56,043 bases of DNA, from positions 1 through 56,043 of the IMG/VR virus record IMGVR_UViG_3300044836_000026; one strand, written 5' to 3'. The notes below the pieces were generated by a model, which was not told the DNA's origin, ran no database searches, and saw nothing but the letters and a program-made list of their open reading frames with translations. Below, piece after piece: positions 1 through 9,719 of the stretch. Made by a program: the position numbers and the translations under genes. Position 1 is the stretch's first letter. Every line of letters begins with the position of its first letter. This DNA is from a virus. Its lineage: Duplodnaviria; Caudoviricetes.

Positions 1-2
1 CA

Positions 3-386
3 ACTAATCATTATTTTCCCACCGCCAAACAGCGCGATACCTTCATAGCGAAACACAAGAAAGAAGAGCCAAAGATAGATGTTCATGAAATGCGTCGTAA
101 AGTGAGACTATGGTTCAACGGCGAATTAGGCGTATCTTTAGATAACGAACGTATTAAAAAGATTTATGAGGTTATCTATACGGATTTGAAACGTGAACCC
201 GAAGGATGCACGAATAAAGCGATAACGGTTTGCCACGCATGTTATCATTGCATAGGGAGCGACGGAAGATGTTACGACGCGAACTGCCGTAGGTATTGTG
301 AATCAACACAAACCAAACTCACTATATCAATAGGCGACAAAGAATTCATCGTAGACAAACACGGCTACCTGAAACTAAAGTCATAG
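3..386 (+). CDS. hypothetical Cys-rich protein, 5'-truncated
   Basis: Frame is open from position 3 through the ATG at 90; CHACYHC..CYDANC..C cluster. Confidence 0.6.
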   Translation, partial: TNHYFPTAKQRDTFIAKHKKEEPKIDVHEMRRKVRLWFNGELGVSLDNERIKKIYEVIYTDLKREPEGCTNKAITVCHACYHCIGSDGRCYDANCRRYCESTQTKLTISIGDKEFIVDKHGYLKLKS

Positions 387-408
387 CCGTTCGTTTTTCT
401 CTCCCTAC

Positions 409-2049
409 ATGCTACCCAAACAAATCCTCTTAGAATACGCCAAAACACCGGATCAACGCCGGGATAATCTGGCGTACATGGAGAGGGAAGAGGGAGTTGC
501 GAAGGTTGAAAAGGCAAAGAGTAGCTTATTGTCTTTTGAATGCTATGTAAATAACGACTACTCACCAAACTGGCACCATGAATTAGTAAGTGGCGTGCTT
601 ACTAAGTTTGCTAAGGGTGAGATAAAAAGGTTAATCATTCAAGAACCCCCGGCTCACGGCAAGAGTCAACAGGTATCACGCGACCTACCACCGTACATCT
701 ATACGCTGAATCCAAACGCGCGAGTTCTGGGATGCTCCTATGGAGACGATCTTTCCGTGGATATGAATAAGGATATTCGGAAGATAATGGACTCCGAAGA
801 ATATACACTGTTAACTGATGCTTGTTTAGGTGGAACTCGCAATGATAACAAATTAGAAATCACGAGCCGATCCGGTAGGTATAAATACAATGGGGTATAC
901 ATTAATGCCGGAGTAGGTGGTGCGATCACAGGAAAGCATTTTAATTTTCTTATTATAGACGACTATTTTAAGAACTATGAAGAGGCCGAATCTGTAACGT
1001 ATCGTGAAAAGATTTGGAACTGGTTCTCAACTGTTTTCTATTCACGTAAACTGCCGGATGCCGGAATATGTATAACGGCAACTCAGTGGAATAATGACGA
1101 TCTTATAGGAAGATTAAAAGAACTTGAAAATCGTGACCCGAACGCAGATAAATGGACAGTTATATCCCTGCCTGTTTTTTGCGACTATCCGAACAACGAT
1201 AAACCTGAATACGATAAGAGAGAAGAAAACGTATACGGTTCGCATGGTGAGGTTCTTTGGAAGAATAGATTTCCCTTTGAGTCTGTAATGGCTACAAAAG
1301 CCACGATGACATCCTACCAGTTCTCCGGGCTTTATATGCAGAACCCAACGGCACAAGAGGGAAACGCGGTTAAACGTGAGTGGTACCAGCCGTTAGTATA
1401 CTCAATAAATCCTTCCGACGTTGTAACGGTGAGATTTGCTTATGACATAGGGTTCAGCGATTCGATCACAAGTGACTGGACTTGGGGAAGTCTAAAGGCT
1501 AAAATGAAAGACGGCTCCTGTATTACTCTTTGGCAACACTTCGGGCATTGGGAAAATAAAAAACGACGTGAAAATATAGCGCAAATAGGGCTACAGGTGA
1601 AAAAGATGATGGAAGATGAATTCCCGAACGCTACATGGTATCTAACCGAAGAGGCCGGGGTTGGAGCAGGGGTTGCGGTTATCCGGGAAGACATACAATA
1701 TTTGATAGGTAAAGGTCTTCCGGCACATGCTATGGAGATAAAGAAACAGCCTAAGACCGTTAGGTCTGTTCAATATAGGGGAGCGTGTGAGAATGGAATG
1801 ACAAAGTTCTATGCAGGTGGACAGTTTGAGCAATACGGTTTTAGCGACGGAATTAAAGAATGGATTAACCCGTTTTTGAATGCCGCAACTCAGTTGCATT
1901 ACTCAGATGACGGGTTGGAATTCAAAGGCGGCAAAGATGATATGGTGGACGCAGAAGTAATGGCACATGACGGACTATTAAAACACTTTGAAGATTTCAA
2001 TATCACAATCATAGACGACATTCCCGACGAAAACGAATGGAGCAATTAG
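409..2049 (+). CDS. terL: terminase large subunit
   Basis: Walker A PPAHGKS, GVGGAITG, Walker B LIIDD, C-terminal nuclease motif KDDMVDA; lies upstream of portal. Confidence 0.95.
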   Translation: MLPKQILLEYAKTPDQRRDNLAYMEREEGVAKVEKAKSSLLSFECYVNNDYSPNWHHELVSGVLTKFAKGEIKRLIIQEPPAHGKSQQVSRDLPPYIYTLNPNARVLGCSYGDDLSVDMNKDIRKIMDSEEYTLLTDACLGGTRNDNKLEITSRSGRYKYNGVYINAGVGGAITGKHFNFLIIDDYFKNYEEAESVTYREKIWNWFSTVFYSRKLPDAGICITATQWNNDDLIGRLKELENRDPNADKWTVISLPVFCDYPNNDKPEYDKREENVYGSHGEVLWKNRFPFESVMATKATMTSYQFSGLYMQNPTAQEGNAVKREWYQPLVYSINPSDVVTVRFAYDIGFSDSITSDWTWGSLKAKMKDGSCITLWQHFGHWENKKRRENIAQIGLQVKKMMEDEFPNATWYLTEEAGVGAGVAVIREDIQYLIGKGLPAHAMEIKKQPKTVRSVQYRGACENGMTKFYAGGQFEQYGFSDGIKEWINPFLNAATQLHYSDDGLEFKGGKDDMVDAEVMAHDGLLKHFEDFNITIIDDIPDENEWSN

Positions 2050-3416
2050 CTGACTGGACTGAGATAAAAGATTCTATAAGTGATTCCACTATACGTTCGC
2101 GCCCTCTCACGCGTGATGAGTTAATACACGTCGAAAGGCAGCTTTGGAGTGATACTATGAGTAGGGAAAAACAGGTATCTGAATATTCCAACGATACCGA
2201 AATTCATTTCCTTCCGCAATCCTTCCCGAACACCTCTATCATATCCCGCGACCCAACTACAATGAAGTATGCTAACGAGGCATACGCACGTAACAGTATT
2301 GTAAATGAGTGCGTGGGGATAAGGGTTGAAGCCTTACAGTCTGCACCTATGAAGGTTTACGACGCGAAAGATCACAAAAAAGAATTACCAGATTGCCACC
2401 TGCAACATATTCTGAATAATCCAAATCCGGTATTAGATCAAACAGCTATGCTGTTGTACTTGGAAGCATATTTAGACGTAGGCGGGAACATGTATATGCA
2501 TAAGGTAAGGGATGGGTATGGGATAATGTCTCAACTATATCCGTATCATGCCTCTCAAATGACCCCGGTTCTAAGGGATGGAATTTGGATTACAAATTAC
2601 TTATACGATAACTGGGCGGGTTGGAGAGCCGATATTGAAGCGAAAAACATTATACATTTCCGATGGAATTCCGTTAATTTTCAAAAGACTTGGCTATCAG
2701 ATTCACCTATTCTTGCAGTAGCTAAAGAGATTGATATTGATAACGAAAGTGCCGAAATTGAAATCGCTACGTTGTTAAATGGTATGGTAGTTCCGTTTGC
2801 TATTATACCCGCCGCTGAGACAGTGGGGATCGGTAAACTTATGACCGACCAACAGATCAAATTTCAATTAGAAAAACTTAGAACCCGTTACGGGGGTAAG
2901 AATAGGGGCAACGGAATGATTCTTAACCCCGGTACGGATATTAAGCCAGTAGGTGTATCCCCTAAAGATTTCGGGAATTTGACCAGTAGGCAAATATCCG
3001 AAACCCGTATCCCCGCTGTTCTGAAAATTCCGCTTACGTTAACCGGACTCGCTGTTTCGATTAGTGCAACAGCTTTAGACAATCATTCAACGGATGTACA
3101 GACGTTTGCTCAACGTACGATTTCCCACATGGGAAAAATTGCAAACACATTCAACCAGTCATTCAAAGATGAACAGTTTGAAGACGGCAAGGGCAGTGAT
3201 TTCTTTATTGCTTTCGATACAAAACAAATGCCCGCTCTGCAAGAAGTGGAGTGGCAGAAAAGAAAACAAGTATCGGTAGACTACACAAGCGGAATCCTGA
3301 AATTAGACGAGGCGCGTTTTGAATTCGGATTGCCGCCGGATGATACTGGGAAGGGCGGAAAATATTCTTTTGAGAATATGCCTGTTCAAATAAAATCTTC
3401 AAGCGTTACCGAGTGA
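2037..3416 (+). CDS. portal protein (HK97 type)
   Basis: LNNPNP, GNMY, IIHFR, SPI motifs; 459 aa; follows terL. Confidence 0.93.
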   Translation: MEQLADWTEIKDSISDSTIRSRPLTRDELIHVERQLWSDTMSREKQVSEYSNDTEIHFLPQSFPNTSIISRDPTTMKYANEAYARNSIVNECVGIRVEALQSAPMKVYDAKDHKKELPDCHLQHILNNPNPVLDQTAMLLYLEAYLDVGGNMYMHKVRDGYGIMSQLYPYHASQMTPVLRDGIWITNYLYDNWAGWRADIEAKNIIHFRWNSVNFQKTWLSDSPILAVAKEIDIDNESAEIEIATLLNGMVVPFAIIPAAETVGIGKLMTDQQIKFQLEKLRTRYGGKNRGNGMILNPGTDIKPVGVSPKDFGNLTSRQISETRIPAVLKIPLTLTGLAVSISATALDNHSTDVQTFAQRTISHMGKIANTFNQSFKDEQFEDGKGSDFFIAFDTKQMPALQEVEWQKRKQVSVDYTSGILKLDEARFEFGLPPDDTGKGGKYSFENMPVQIKSSSVTE

Positions 3417-3673
3417 TGGATTACGAAAACATTGAACATAATGCAGAACTCAGAGTTACCAAAGAGAACGGATTCTTTAAGGTTGAATATAAGAATCCGG
3501 GTTCGCGGGAATTTGAATTCTTTATAGGCTCCTTCGATCACTTAGCCGCAGAGCGCGAAGCGGATAACATTTCAAAAGTGATTCACGATGAACCGAAGCG
3601 ATATAAAACCGAAGGACACAATCCGCAGAAACGACCGAAACCACAATACATAAGAGACTGGGAAGATGATTGA
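3413..3673 (+). CDS. hypothetical protein
   Basis: Start overlaps the portal stop (GTGATG); 86 aa. Confidence 0.6.
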   Translation: MMDYENIEHNAELRVTKENGFFKVEYKNPGSREFEFFIGSFDHLAAEREADNISKVIHDEPKRYKTEGHNPQKRPKPQYIRDWEDD

Positions 3674-3827
3674 AACGAAATGGAGCACTCTTACGGAAAA
3701 GGATTTTCAGGAAATGAATGTTCATTTTCCGGTGCATAAATATCGTAAGGGCAAAACGGGCAAACTTATTTTCTCGGAAGTGCAGGGGATTTGAAGAAAT
3801 AAATGAAAAATTACATTTACTTGGATA

Positions 3828-4046
3828 ATGCCGAAACTCTCCCCTAAAAACGATTTCACTATCACTATAAAAAAGGCCGTTCATCTCATAGAGATTCGGA
3901 GTGGTGAAATTCTATCATGCGATGCAATCGAAAAGAGAATAAAGCGCGAACAGTTAAGGGCTAAAAAGCCCTATGGTAGAATCCTCATTTCCGAATCTTC
4001 CTTCAAAAAGTTACTCCTAACTTACCCCAAAAAGGTTATAGGATAA
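3828..4046 (+). CDS. small basic DNA-binding protein, Xis/HTH_17-like
   Basis: ITIKKAV...AIEKRIKREQLRAKK..GRILISESSF pattern typical of excisionase-like winged helices. Confidence 0.55.
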   Translation: MPKLSPKNDFTITIKKAVHLIEIRSGEILSCDAIEKRIKREQLRAKKPYGRILISESSFKKLLLTYPKKVIG

Positions 4047-4107
4047 CCGACAAAAACCGACACGCCTTAACTATTCGGTAATAAATATTCTTTTCATTAC
4101 AACCGTA

Positions 4108-5349
4108 ATGAAAAAAGAAAGAATCGTCGTACCAATTAAGGAGTTTTTATCCGAAGATACTTCGGATGGGCGCGGTACTTTTTCAGGCTATTGCAATCTT
4201 AAAGGTTACCTTGAAGAGCGATACGGTTCTATATTTGTAGAAGGTTCTTATGCCGAAACAATACCTATTTTTGTAAGAGAAGGATTTGTTGCCGATTCTC
4301 ACGGCGCGGCTTTAGATGGAGATTACACGGTTCTTACAAGCTACGGTACGGTCATAGACGCACGGGAAGACTCAAAAGGACTATTCTTTAAGGGCAAATT
4401 CCATTCAACACCCGAAGCGCAAAATCTCAGAACTATTTGCAGGGAGCGCGCCGATGACCAGAAGACGGTTGGGATGTCTATTGGTTTTTATACACTTGAA
4501 TCCTTCCGTGTTTTTCCGAAAGATTATGATAGGGTTCTCAAAAACTATCTATCCCCCGAATATTTACAGCAGGGATTAGAAGCCGCGAAGGATTTCAGTT
4601 CAATCCTTATCCGAACAAAAGTACAAATTTTCGAAAACTCACTAACGCTTATGCCCGCAATGGCTCCGGCGTTGGTTAAAGAAGTCCAGTCTATGAAAGA
4701 AACACTCGGCAAGTATTTAGGTGACTATGTTGAGAATTCCATGTCACTCCAACAGGTTACTGTGTTGGTGGACGCTCTTTACTGGAATGCCGCATATACC
4801 GCATTCTGTAACGATCAAATGAGCACCGAAGAGCGCCGCGCTTTATGGGCGGGCGCGTTACAGGAATTCATGGATTACAACCTACAAATTTTTGATAATC
4901 ACGAATCATGGGAAGCCGGAGAACCCGCGAGTGACGAAGAGCAAATGTCACGAAAAGAATCCGGTGAATTTCTTCAATCCATGTTTTGTGACCCCAAAGT
5001 TTTCTCCCCGTTAAAGGGGATGTTCATGAAAGAGCACGAAGCGGCTGTTCTTGGTGCAGTCAAATCGTTTCTCACCCGTCAGATGTCTCTTGCGGAATCT
5101 AACGGAAGGAAAAAACAAACATTATCCGGTAAATCAGTATCCAAAACCAATCACGCGGCTTTGAAAGAAGTCAGTTCAATGATAGGTGAGCACTGTAGCG
5201 GAATGACCGAATGCAAGCAATCTCTTGATGATTTCTTGGATAAGCACGATCCGAATAAAACCGAAGATGATGCAGAGACAGAATCGCGGGCTTTAGCTTT
5301 GAGAGCAAAGTTATTGCAACGCAAATTTTCACAACCTATTTTAAATTAA
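4108..5349 (+). CDS. prohead protease (HK97 family) with long C-terminal extension
   Basis: GTFSGY, SH, EDSKGLFFKG, GMSIGF, ENSLTLMPA motifs; directly upstream of capsid. Confidence 0.9.
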   Translation: MKKERIVVPIKEFLSEDTSDGRGTFSGYCNLKGYLEERYGSIFVEGSYAETIPIFVREGFVADSHGAALDGDYTVLTSYGTVIDAREDSKGLFFKGKFHSTPEAQNLRTICRERADDQKTVGMSIGFYTLESFRVFPKDYDRVLKNYLSPEYLQQGLEAAKDFSSILIRTKVQIFENSLTLMPAMAPALVKEVQSMKETLGKYLGDYVENSMSLQQVTVLVDALYWNAAYTAFCNDQMSTEERRALWAGALQEFMDYNLQIFDNHESWEAGEPASDEEQMSRKESGEFLQSMFCDPKVFSPLKGMFMKEHEAAVLGAVKSFLTRQMSLAESNGRKKQTLSGKSVSKTNHAALKEVSSMIGEHCSGMTECKQSLDDFLDKHDPNKTEDDAETESRALALRAKLLQRKFSQPILN

Positions 5350-5352
5350 CCA

Positions 5353-6732
5353 ATGGATTATTCATTGATTTCAGACGGGGATTTAGGAATTCAGCTTAAA
5401 GCAAAAGAAGCCGAAGCCCTTGCACTACTTACACCAAAAGAAGGGGAGACGCTTTCCAGTGTAAACGTAACGAAAGCCGGAGAGATTGACGCTGAATGCG
5501 AACTGATGAGAGGTGAACTCGATAAGCGCGCTAAAAATGCATCCGACGCTCAAACACTTCGTGCGAAAATTCAGACGGATTCGGCAAATCGTAAACAGCC
5601 TGTAGGGGTTTTACACCAACCCACAGCAGAACCGGAAGTTAAATTCTTGCACAAATACGCTCATAAACTCGAAGTTTATCAGGGGCGCGAAGAAGATGCT
5701 TACAAGGACGGACTATTCATTCTCGGGGCACTCACTCAAGACCCCGACGTTCGCAATGAGCTTCGTTCTAAAGCCAAAGAAAAGTACGGAATGGAATTCC
5801 TTGCTTTGGCCGAGGGTGTGAATTCAACGGGTGGTTATTTAGTACCTGTTGGATTCTCAAATACAATCATTATGCAACAGGAAGCATACGGCGTTGCACG
5901 TGCAAATGCCGATGTCATTACTATGCCGAATGAGATTTACAGGGTGCCGCGTCAACGCAACGGAATTTCAAACAACATTACTGCCTACTGGGGTGGTGAG
6001 AATGTTTCAATGACCGATGCTTCTATGCTTTGGGATCAAACAGAGTTAAAAGCAAAGAAACTCTACGCACTTGCAAAGTACTCTAATGAGTTGAAGGAGG
6101 ATGCTATCATTGATATGGCAGATCGTATCGCTAAGAGCGCCGCCATTCAGCTTTCGTACAAGGAAGATCAGGCGTGGCTTAATGGAGCGGGTGAAGCTAC
6201 GAACGGAAATATTCAAGGTATCATAACGGGTATCGCAGGTATTTCTTCTGCTAAAGGAAAAATTACTTGTGCATCTGCAACAACGTGGGCGACCGTTACC
6301 GATGCGGATATAATGAGTGCACTTGCTGTAATCCCTGCATTCCCCGGAATGAATGTAAAGATTTACTGCCATAAGTCTGCTTACTATCAGGTATTCCGTA
6401 GGTTGGTTCGCGCGGGTGGTGGAAATACTATCGTTAATTTGGCTGACGGCGGTTCAATGTTTAATTATGACGGTATCCCCGTTATAATGACGCAGGTTCT
6501 TCCTTCGGCTACTGCAACGAACACCGTGTTCGCCGTTATCGGTGACCCGAAAATGACAACGATGTTCGGAGAACGTAGGCAGATGACCGTTCAGCTTTCC
6601 GATCAGGCCGGAACCGCTTTCACGGACGATCAGACTTGGGTTAAGATCACGGAAAGAATTGACATTAATAATTTCTCTTTAGGTGATTCTTCACTTGCCG
6701 GAGGAATGGTAACCTTACAGACACACTCATAA
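5353..6732 (+). CDS. major capsid protein (HK97 fold, N-terminal delta domain)
   Basis: GGYLVP, AYWGGE, KKLYAL..SNELKED, LNGAG..GI motifs. Confidence 0.95.
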   Translation: MDYSLISDGDLGIQLKAKEAEALALLTPKEGETLSSVNVTKAGEIDAECELMRGELDKRAKNASDAQTLRAKIQTDSANRKQPVGVLHQPTAEPEVKFLHKYAHKLEVYQGREEDAYKDGLFILGALTQDPDVRNELRSKAKEKYGMEFLALAEGVNSTGGYLVPVGFSNTIIMQQEAYGVARANADVITMPNEIYRVPRQRNGISNNITAYWGGENVSMTDASMLWDQTELKAKKLYALAKYSNELKEDAIIDMADRIAKSAAIQLSYKEDQAWLNGAGEATNGNIQGIITGIAGISSAKGKITCASATTWATVTDADIMSALAVIPAFPGMNVKIYCHKSAYYQVFRRLVRAGGGNTIVNLADGGSMFNYDGIPVIMTQVLPSATATNTVFAVIGDPKMTTMFGERRQMTVQLSDQAGTAFTDDQTWVKITERIDINNFSLGDSSLAGGMVTLQTHS

Positions 6733-6750
6733 TATAAGGAGAAAATAACA

Positions 6751-7179
6751 ATGGATTTCATGCAAGCTGATAAATTCGTAAATATTGTACCACCTGCCGT
6801 CGCATTGAATGCGGGTAGCGCGGTTGTCAATAGCTACGTTGACGGCATAGGGTTCGGACGTGCAACATTCATTATTCAAGCGGGAGCGGTCGGTGCAGAC
6901 ATGACCGCGTGTAAGATTCAGGAGTGTGAAACGTCGGGCGGTTCCTATACTGATATTACCACATACGGAGCGGGTACTACATTTAAGACCGCAACGGATG
7001 CGAACGGGTTACAGATTATCTCTTTCCAGATTAACGGAACAAGGATGAGATTCTTCAAGCCAGTTCTAACGGCAGGTGCAGCGAGTACATATCTTTCTGC
7101 TATTTGTATTCTTTCGGAAGCTCAACAGGCTCCTTACGATGCAACTACGCGTGGATTATTGTACAACACAATATCTTAA
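6751..7179 (+). CDS. putative capsid decoration/cement protein
   Basis: 142 aa, beta-rich (KIQECETSGGSYTDI), immediately after capsid and before a terminator. Confidence 0.55.
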   Translation: MDFMQADKFVNIVPPAVALNAGSAVVNSYVDGIGFGRATFIIQAGAVGADMTACKIQECETSGGSYTDITTYGAGTTFKTATDANGLQIISFQINGTRMRFFKPVLTAGAASTYLSAICILSEAQQAPYDATTRGLLYNTIS

Positions 7180-7190
7180 ATGACAACGAC

Positions 7191-7214
7191 GGGCGGGGTA
7201 ACTCCCGCCTGTTT
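7191..7214 (+). terminator. intrinsic terminator-like hairpin
   Basis: GGGCGGGG-TAA-CTCCCGCCT then GTTT. Confidence 0.6.
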
Positions 7215-7227
7215 ATAAAAATGTATA

Positions 7228-8037
7228 ATGAGTCAAGCTACATTTGCGAATACGAATTTTTGCACCGTTCCGGATGTAAAAGGCTTTTATACGAATTCCG
7301 ATCTTTTGATGATGGTATCCGCGAGTTCGCCGGATATTGATTCAAGAATACTGGGGTATATTAATAATGCAAAAGATATTTACTTAAGACAACCTCTTAT
7401 TGAAGAATGCCAGAAGAAATTTCTTACAAAAATTGATGACTGGAGAGCGTTCAAACGTGCACAAATAGACGAACGACTACAGGAGTTAAAACGAGATATG
7501 GAGATAGCCGATAAAGCGGGCACATTTCCATTGAGAGGTTTTATAGGATACGACGGACAGTTCTTTGATATAGGCGATGTAAATAACTTTACGAAGCCGG
7601 GGACATTCTATTTCGATGGAGTTCCGATTAGTGGGACGACCGGGACATACGCCGGAAGTGCAGATACCGGGGATATACTTTTCAATACGCTGACAGATTT
7701 AGGGTATATCAATAGAGGAACAAAATCTTCCCCGACATGGGAGAGATTTATAGCGGATGATGGAATAGACTTCATTCTAAATCCTACTGAGTTAAAATGG
7801 AGTGCGATATTCGCAACCGGAATACTAATGTCAGGGGATGGAATGTTCCGCAATAGAACCAATTTTCAAGACCCGGTAAACGTAAATTTTTCCGCTACCG
7901 CAAAAGACATTTGCGAACGCGACTATAAGAGCGCATTAAAAAGAGCGTTGTCGCTTATAAATTTTAACATTTCAGGTAGCGGCACAATGACCGCGTATGA
8001 ACTTGGTGTAGGGGATAATGAGATAGTAATTTTTTAA
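7228..8037 (+). CDS. putative head-tail adaptor
   Basis: Position; N-terminal FCTVPDVK resembles adaptor YxTxxDVK starts. Confidence 0.55.
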   Translation: MSQATFANTNFCTVPDVKGFYTNSDLLMMVSASSPDIDSRILGYINNAKDIYLRQPLIEECQKKFLTKIDDWRAFKRAQIDERLQELKRDMEIADKAGTFPLRGFIGYDGQFFDIGDVNNFTKPGTFYFDGVPISGTTGTYAGSADTGDILFNTLTDLGYINRGTKSSPTWERFIADDGIDFILNPTELKWSAIFATGILMSGDGMFRNRTNFQDPVNVNFSATAKDICERDYKSALKRALSLINFNISGSGTMTAYELGVGDNEIVIF

Positions 8038-8047
8038 TAAAAACGAA

Positions 8048-8614
8048 ATGGATATTTCACCGGCATTTCATCAAAACTCAGACGGAACATTGTCGTTAAA
8101 TGTTCGCAGTGACTATTCAACCCCTATACCGATCACAAGCGGCGGAACCGGGGGTTCTACTCTGACGACCGGACAACTTGGGTTAGGAATCCAAAATGCA
8201 AGGTTAAGCACGAATTATACGAACGCCACAACCTCACTAACGGATGTTACCGGGCTTTCTTTTGCTATTGCGGCAAGTGAAATATGGACGGCGCGTTTTG
8301 CATTGAAGGTTAACGGAGCGGATGCAAACGGACTAAAGATTGCAATTGCTATTCCTTCGGGAGCGACTATTTTAGGAATGGTAAACGGGAATGTGGCAAC
8401 GGTGACCGCCTATTCATCGGATATTATTTCAGCTTCGGCAACGGCGGGAATCGCTTTTGCCACAAGTAGCGCAACGGGCTCGGTTATCATTGTAGATTTA
8501 ACCGTCGTTAATAGTACCACTGCCGGAACGGTTCAGCTACAAGCACTCAAAGTAACCTCGGGAACGGCGACTATTTACGCGAACTCGAACATGATTGCCA
8601 ACAGGGTATCGTAA
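8048..8614 (+). CDS. Ser/Thr/Ala-rich virion accessory (spike/fibre-like) protein
   Basis: PITSGGTG and TSLTDVTGLSFAI fibre-type motifs within the neck module. Confidence 0.5.
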   Translation: MDISPAFHQNSDGTLSLNVRSDYSTPIPITSGGTGGSTLTTGQLGLGIQNARLSTNYTNATTSLTDVTGLSFAIAASEIWTARFALKVNGADANGLKIAIAIPSGATILGMVNGNVATVTAYSSDIISASATAGIAFATSSATGSVIIVDLTVVNSTTAGTVQLQALKVTSGTATIYANSNMIANRVS

Positions 8615-8703
8615 CCAGATTTTTGTTTTTATCTCAGTATTTGATGTGAGAGTCGGATAGTGGGGTAATTTTCAAACGGGAGTCGTAAGGCTCCCAAAAT
8701 TTT

Positions 8704-9135
8704 ATGAACTTTACAATTAACGTTTCGCAGTTCAACGATCTTTCAACGCAGATAAGAAAATTTGCGAATACTGAGGGGCTAAAAATTGCGGCTATGTATG
8801 TAAAGGAGCAGGAAAAAATCCAAACTTCAATAGGCAGGGATTTTGAAGGAAGGCCGTTCGCTCCTTATAAAAGGAGCACAATCAGACAGAGGAGACGTTT
8901 GGGGCTGAGAACAGATAAGGTTAACCTCTGGGTGACGGGCACGGTATCTAATTCTCGTTATTTTGATTCAACTACAAAGGAATTAAAGTACCCGTACTTA
9001 ACAGAGCCGATAGCCGGATACCTACAGGAAGGAACTCGTACAATGAGAGAGCGTGAATTCGTCGGGATTTCTAAACTGGATGTTCCTGAGATCGAAAAAA
9101 GAGTTGGTTCGGCATTGCAAGCTAAATTTTCATGA
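8704..9135 (+). CDS. virion morphogenesis/tail completion protein (P2 gpS/Mu gpG-like)
   Basis: GRPFAPYKRSTI, YLQEGTRTMREREFVGIS motifs. Confidence 0.8.
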   Translation: MNFTINVSQFNDLSTQIRKFANTEGLKIAAMYVKEQEKIQTSIGRDFEGRPFAPYKRSTIRQRRRLGLRTDKVNLWVTGTVSNSRYFDSTTKELKYPYLTEPIAGYLQEGTRTMREREFVGISKLDVPEIEKRVGSALQAKFS

Positions 9136-9719
9136 ATCAACAGGCTTATGATATAGCGGATGCCCCGGCTCAAAGAGTTATAGAAGATGTTCTTTATGCA
9201 CTACGTTCTTTGAAAACAATTTCCGGGCAAAATGTTTTTAATACCGTGCTTCCCGCTGTCCAGTATTCTTTCGCAGAGGGGTTAGAGGATTCGCTCCCCG
9301 CCGCGTTTGTGTATTTTGGTGAAGAGGCCGAAGGATATAATACAGCTTCGCAATTTGATGAGATGTATTTTTATCCGTTCCTTGAAGTGCTTTTCCTATT
9401 GTATATACCGAACAATAATGACGGCTCATACCCGGATGTGCATAGATACCAGTTAGCTCTTCATAACTTGGTTATACAAAACCTGAGAGTGCCAACGGAT
9501 GACATATTGAATGGCATACCGTTTCAAAAAAACATAACGACAGGTAAGGAGCTTTGGGAATTCAGGGAACCGGAAGAGGATGGATTTAGGAGCGTAGTAA
9601 GTCATAGGTTTGACGTTAGAAATAAATGGATTGAAAATGGCAGACCTGTTAAAGATTGGTTTTATCTTTCTTCAATACGGATAAGAGTACAGGTAAACAA
9701 TATTAATGCAGAGTCATAA
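9132..9719 (+). CDS. putative tail terminator
   Basis: Position; LPAAFVYFGEE motif. Confidence 0.5.
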   Translation: MNQQAYDIADAPAQRVIEDVLYALRSLKTISGQNVFNTVLPAVQYSFAEGLEDSLPAAFVYFGEEAEGYNTASQFDEMYFYPFLEVLFLLYIPNNNDGSYPDVHRYQLALHNLVIQNLRVPTDDILNGIPFQKNITTGKELWEFREPEEDGFRSVVSHRFDVRNKWIENGRPVKDWFYLSSIRIRVQVNNINAES

